The notes beneath the pieces are model-generated. The model searched no databases, had not been told where the DNA came from, and saw only the letters and a program-made list of their open reading frames with translations. DNA of 12,505 nucleotides from a virus (taxonomy: Duplodnaviria > Heunggongvirae > Uroviricota > Caudoviricetes), in IMG/VR virus record IMGVR_UViG_2778261350_000008, positions 1 through 12,505 of that record; one strand, given 5' to 3'. Each line of letters opens with the position of its first letter. Position 1 is the first letter of the stretch. Made by a program: the position numbers and the translations under genes. This document shows, piece by piece, positions 9,201-12,505 of the stretch.

Positions 9201-9469
9201 TGCGGGATATAACATTACGATTCGATAACAGAGAACAGTTTAACGCAATTGTATATGACAGTGGCCTGTTCAGTCTTGAAGAAGAAAATGGGATTCTTGT
9301 TGATGTTATTGGCGGCATTATTGATTACGAGGAGCCAGAAAACGAAAGATGTACAGGCATTGATCGCGGTGGTTTTTTCGTAAACATGAGGATTGTTGAT
9401 GGCAGTAAAAACATATCTTCTTTAATGCCTTTCATTACGACAGATCAGCATGTAAGGACATGGGCTTAA
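9200..9469 (+). CDS. Hypothetical 89-aa acidic protein, start-coupled to stf (candidate cognate fibre chaperone or accessory protein)
   Basis: Its ATG overlaps the stf stop (TAATG at 9198-9202). AAGGAA lies 8 nt upstream. AT-rich like the stf 3' half. I recognise no homologue. The same frame stays open for 39 codons after its TAA. Confidence 0.45.
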   Translation: MRDITLRFDNREQFNAIVYDSGLFSLEEENGILVDVIGGIIDYEEPENERCTGIDRGGFFVNMRIVDGSKNISSLMPFITTDQHVRTWA

Positions 9470-9593
9470 TGGAGCTTGCTTGTTCAGGTAGCCAGAGAAT
9501 CAGACGACAGAATAACAGCACTGGAAGAAGAAAACGCAGAATTAAGACAAAGATTATCTGCAATTGAGGCGGCGCTTGCGTCTGAATAATATT

Positions 9594-9618
9594 AAGGGGC
9601 CGAGCGCCCCGTTTTATT
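9594..9618 (+). terminator. Terminator-like hairpin ending the stf / small-ORF transcription unit
   Basis: Stem GGGGC (9596-9600) / GCCCC (9606-9610), loop CGAGC, followed by GTTTTATT. Confidence 0.45.
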
Positions 9619-9631
9619 GGGTAGGATGAAA

Positions 9632-9925
9632 ATGGATATAACACCTTTCCTTCATGCACTTTGTGCTGTGGCTGCGCAGGTACTGATTGGCCTTTTTACC
9701 GGAAACTGGGTTTACGGTGCGATAGCTGGTTGTACGTTCTTCATTGCGCGGGAACACACCCAGGCAGAATATTGCTGGATTGAAATGTTCGGGCATGGCA
9801 AGCGAATGAATATGCCGTGGTGGGGCGGTTTTGATCCGCGTGCTTGGGATGTGGCAAGCCTGATGGATTTTGCTGTGCCGGTGGTGGCGTGTCTGCTGGT
9901 CTGGCTGTTGGTTAATCGTGGGTGA
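9632..9925 (+). CDS. Hypothetical small inner-membrane protein with two predicted TM helices (prophage cargo candidate)
   Basis: MDITPFLHALCAVAAQVLIGLFTGNWVYGAIAGCTFFIA...DVASLMDFAVPVVACLLVWLLVNRG: two hydrophobic segments flank a charged, Trp-rich loop (EHTQAEYCWIEMFGHGKRMNMPWWGGFDPRAWD). AGGA lies 6 nt before the ATG at 9632. In-frame alternatives are ATG 9626 and TTG 9617. Codon use looks coding-like. No homologue recognised. Confidence 0.55.
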   Translation: MDITPFLHALCAVAAQVLIGLFTGNWVYGAIAGCTFFIAREHTQAEYCWIEMFGHGKRMNMPWWGGFDPRAWDVASLMDFAVPVVACLLVWLLVNRG

Positions 9926-9935
9926 AAAAAGGTGA

Positions 9936-10057
9936 GCTGTATATGCAACGGAGGAAGAAACCCCGTTGCTGGCGGCATGGAAGAAGTATCGGGTGCTGCT
10001 CAACCGAACTATACATCAGTAGCTCCGGACATTGAGTGGCCTGTACAACCGGAATAA
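9936..10057 (+). pseudogene. tfa: 3' remnant of a lambda-type tail fibre assembly gene (tfa), truncated and frameshifted
   Basis: One frame reads [28 protein letters not shown]. A second frame continues YTSVAPDIEWPVQPE* (ATG-initiated MEEVSGAAQPNYTSVAPDIEWPVQPE at 9977-10057). Together these match the lambda Tfa C-terminus as I recall it (...[36 protein letters not shown]...). No N-terminal portion is present; the segment begins right after the stop of the membrane-protein gene. Confidence 0.6.
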
Positions 10058-10079
10058 ATATCAGGAGGAGTAATTAATC

Positions 10080-11215
10080 GTGTCGACTCTGATTTCCGGC
10101 GTATTAAAAGATGGTGCAGGTATACCGCTGGCTGCCAGATTATCCTGAAATCCCGTGTAAACACCTCAGATGTGGTGATGTCTGTTGTTGCGCATATTGT
10201 AACCGGGCAAAACGGGGAATATGCGTTTGAGGCCCGGACGGGGAAGTACAGCGTTTATCTGAAGACTGACTGGCGTAATGAGTTTCAGGTTGGTGTTATT
10301 TCTGTTTATGAGGACTCACAACCGGGCACACTGAACGACTTCCTGATAGCAGTGAGTGATGCTGATTTGAAGCCGGACGTTCTGCGGCGGTTCGATGAGC
10401 TGGCGAGGCGTGTCCATGAAGACGCGAACAGCGCAGAACAGTTTGCCGGAGATGCCCGTCGTGCTGTGGATGAACTGGGCGGTAAGGTTCAGGACGATAT
10501 TCGTGACCGTACACCGGACCGTCTGGCTCTGCCCGGTGCTTACGGCTTCGGCGGAATATTCAGCCGCTCGGAAGCTCTGTCGTTTCAGGGGGTATCTGAT
10601 TTTGGTGCGTGGCTACAGAAAGCCACGCCGGGGCGTTATCCGGTCACTGTTGCGGATTCTTCTGCATTGCTGTTGGGCACCACGAAATTTAACGGCAACA
10701 TTGATGTGCTGTGGTCACCCTTTGATAACGACGGGTCGGACACAGCGCACAAATTCAAAACGCTGTTGTGTTACAACGAGCCACGTGCCGGAGAGCACGG
10801 GCTACACCTGCTCCAGTACTGGTACGAGGGCGACAACCTGCGGGTTGCGGGCAGTATGATAGTCTGCGACGCTCCGTCGCTGGCGACACTGCTGTCAGCA
10901 ACAGCGGGAGCGGACCCGTCAGGGTTCTACCGTTATCCGGCGGTGGGTTCCCTGTTGCTGGCAGCGTACCACGGGGCATCTGCCGGTGCTGGCGGGGTGA
11001 GTATTGCAACAGGCGACGTTGTTCCGGGCTCCTGTCTGGGGCCGGTGAGTATTCCGTGCGCGGTGAACGAAGGCGGCACAACTCCGTCGCCGCTGCGGGC
11101 GTTTGTTGGTGGTGCCGGACAGTACAATTTCCCCGGACGTTACCAGGCGTTATCCGGTGCAAATAATGTCCGTGGAAACAATGGGTTTATCTGTCTGTTT
11201 GTGCGCGTTGAGTAG
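10080..11215 (+). pseudogene. Second tail fibre gene (Stf N-terminal paralogue), disrupted by a 1-nt frameshift near 10131-10133
   Basis: The GTG at 10080 (GGAGGAG upstream) opens a frame reading VSTLISGVLKDGAGIPLAARLS*, which stops at 10146-10148. The -1 frame continues ...CQIILKSRVNTSDVV and joins the 347-aa ORF 10172..11215. The joined product aligns with the stf N-terminus (ISGVLKDGAG ; C-Q/T-I-x-LK ; VYEDSQPGTLNDFL ; LRRF-EL). The C-terminal part is Gly/Ala-rich and GC-rich. Confidence 0.6.
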
Positions 11216-11222
11216 GTGAGAA

Positions 11223-11816
11223 ATGAACGCAGTAAAAGATATTCGCAATCCGGTGCATCTCGGAAACGGCGCGGTTGACTGTGAGGTGCTGTTTGAGGGG
11301 CGCAGCGAGTACGTTGTTTATACGGCTGCGCCGGGCGACGCAGCCCCGACAGGTCAGCGTATCTGGCAGGAACTACAGAGCGGCAAATGGGGCGAAATTG
11401 CCCCGTTCACGGCCACGCCGGAACTGATAGCGGCGGCGAAGGATGCAAAACGTCAGGAAATTGAGGTGTGGCGTACCGAACAGGAAGCGCAGTCGTTCAC
11501 GTTTGAGTGGAACGGTCGAACCTGGAACGCGGGGCCGTCCTCACTGGCCCGGCTCACGCCTGCGATTACGGCGGCGGAATACGCCGGCGAGCAGGCTGTT
11601 ACCTGGAGCGATACAACCAACGAGCCGGTAAACCTGACAGTGCAGGAACTGAAATCGCTGGCCGTCGCACTGGCTCAGGCACTCTCTGAGCGGAACAACG
11701 CGATTTATCGTCGCCAGCGGGAGATGAAGGATACGTTAAACACCCTGGAGAATCTGGCAGAGGTGCAGGCGTTTAAGGTTGGAGAACAATCTATATTGGG
11801 GGTAAGCCGTATTTAG
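11223..11816 (+). CDS. Putative tail fibre assembly / chaperone protein (assigned by position)
   Basis: 197-aa ORF 8 bp after the stf2 stop, with AGGTGAG RBS. Contains a W-N-G-x-(T/A)-W motif ([11 protein letters not shown]) reminiscent of Tfa proteins (lambda Tfa has WNGTAW), but it lacks the lambda-type Tfa C-terminus seen in the remnant at 9936-10057. Confidence 0.5.
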   Translation: MNAVKDIRNPVHLGNGAVDCEVLFEGRSEYVVYTAAPGDAAPTGQRIWQELQSGKWGEIAPFTATPELIAAAKDAKRQEIEVWRTEQEAQSFTFEWNGRTWNAGPSSLARLTPAITAAEYAGEQAVTWSDTTNEPVNLTVQELKSLAVALAQALSERNNAIYRRQREMKDTLNTLENLAEVQAFKVGEQSILGVSRI

Positions 11817-12120
11817 CTCTTGCGCGGTTACACGCCTCATTGACGACGCCGTTCTCGCCAGACATGGCGAATTCTCTGCATGTGGATGATCGATTTTCAT
11901 ATATCGTGCAGCAGGCATTTTTGCCCGGAGTTCCAGCAAGGGCAACACATCTGGGGTTTTTCTGGTTTGTACCGATCATGCATCGGTGAAAAGGCGATAC
12001 TTGTTCAGTAAGTCTGGCGGGAATGGTGCCGCCGGCATCGTCGGCTTCGGCCCAGTAAAAAGAGACGCGGAAAAATGCACAACAGGCGCCACACGTCATG
12101 CATGGATTCAGATTGCTCAT
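11791..12120 (-). CDS. ykgJ: YkgJ-family cysteine-cluster protein (putative Zn/Fe-binding; UPF0153)
   Basis: 109 aa, beginning [25 protein letters not shown], i.e. the C-x2-C-G-x-C-C signature of the YkgJ family, with further C-terminal Cys residues ([17 protein letters not shown]). Convergent with tfa2 and overlapping it by 26 bp. Confidence 0.65.
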   Translation of the reverse strand: MSNLNPCMTCGACCAFFRVSFYWAEADDAGGTIPARLTEQVSPFHRCMIGTNQKNPRCVALAGTPGKNACCTIYENRSSTCREFAMSGENGVVNEACNRARAKYGLPPI

Positions 12121-12139
12121 AATTCACCAGTACAGCTAT

Positions 12140-12188
12140 AAATCATAAAGAAAACAGCGGTACGTCGTATGAAAGAACTTACCGCTGT
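12140..12188 (-). terminator. Possible minus-strand terminator downstream of the DinI-like gene
   Basis: Inverted repeat ACAGCGGTA (12154-12162) / TACCGCTGT (12180-12188). On the minus strand it is followed by TTTTCTTTATGATTT. The 17-nt loop is large, hence the low confidence. Confidence 0.3.
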
Positions 12189-12256
12189 TGGCTGGTGAAC
12201 TTTTCGATAGTGCGAGTATTGAATGATTTCCAGCCGTTACCGATTTTACTCGTTAA

Positions 12257-12505
12257 TTAGCGAACAAACCACTCGTCAGCAGACTCCCAGGTATCTTTCA
12301 GCGTCTCCTGAACAAAAGTTTTTGCAGAATCTTTATCGGCGGTGCGAGTAACTGAAAGGCCATCGTTGCTGGTGGCTTTTATGATCACTTCTACATCGTC
12401 ATAACGCTTACTGATGCGTCGGGTTAATTCTTCCTTTAACGCATCCACAGCACCGTTTGGCATTTTAGTCATTTTTTCTTTGGCTATGCAGATCTCAATA
12501 CGCAT
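12257..12505 (-). CDS. DinI-family protein (DNA-damage-inducible protein I-like; modulator of RecA filament activity)
   Basis: 82 aa, [31 protein letters not shown]...[16 protein letters not shown]. Co-linear with E. coli DinI as recalled (MRIEVTIAK...AIDAL..EL.RRI...ETWESADDWFV). The ATG is the last three bases of the window (minus strand), so the promoter lies outside. Confidence 0.85.
   Translation of the reverse strand: MRIEICIAKEKMTKMPNGAVDALKEELTRRISKRYDDVEVIIKATSNDGLSVTRTADKDSAKTFVQETLKDTWESADEWFVR

Noticed and set aside
9614-10003. 129-aa minus-strand ORF antisense to the membrane-protein gene, and the 74-aa and 88-aa minus-strand ORFs at 9435-9659 and 9712-9978
   Set aside because: The translations are His/Pro/Ser-rich and non-protein-like. 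The plus-strand reading gives clean hydrophobic helices and an RBS, so the plus strand is the coding one.
10395-11166. Alternative-frame ORFs inside stf2 (10395-10859 +, 10768-11166 +, 10755-11162 -, 10933-11127 -)
   Set aside because: All are nested in the GC-rich stf2 coding frame. Their translations are Arg/Cys/Pro-rich junk and none has a credible start context.
11780-11830. Possible prophage attachment site / tRNA at the tfa2-ykgJ junction
   Set aside because: There is no cloverleaf-like structure or direct repeat I can verify within one window. The two genes simply overlap convergently, and the att site cannot be located without the other prophage end.
12160-12200. Tiny plus-strand ORF ATGAAAGAACTTACCGCTGTTGGCTGGTGA (9 codons) in the ykgJ-dinI spacer
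   Set aside because: Too short to support. It coincides with the inverted repeat that is better explained as a minus-strand terminator stem.

Overview
This window is the distal tail / host-range module of a lambda-like (lambdoid siphovirus) prophage, read on the + strand: 3' end of the tape-measure gene H, then M, L, K, I, J, lom, and a mosaic side-tail-fibre gene. Downstream of that fibre lies an AT-richer stretch holding one or two small translationally coupled ORFs and a small two-helix membrane protein, followed by the decayed 3' remnant of a lambda-type tfa gene. Then come a second, frameshifted tail-fibre paralogue and a putative fibre-assembly gene. Two convergent minus-strand genes close the window: a YkgJ-family Cys-cluster protein and a DinI-family protein. 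The most interesting part is 7.9-9.9 kb: it looks like a cassette that replaced the ancestral fibre tip and most of tfa, bringing a lectin-like receptor-binding end plus unassigned small genes (candidate chaperone and candidate exclusion or defence membrane protein). All homology statements come from reading the ORF translations against remembered lambda proteins; no database search was run. No rRNA, tRNA, CRISPR array, transposase or integrase was seen.
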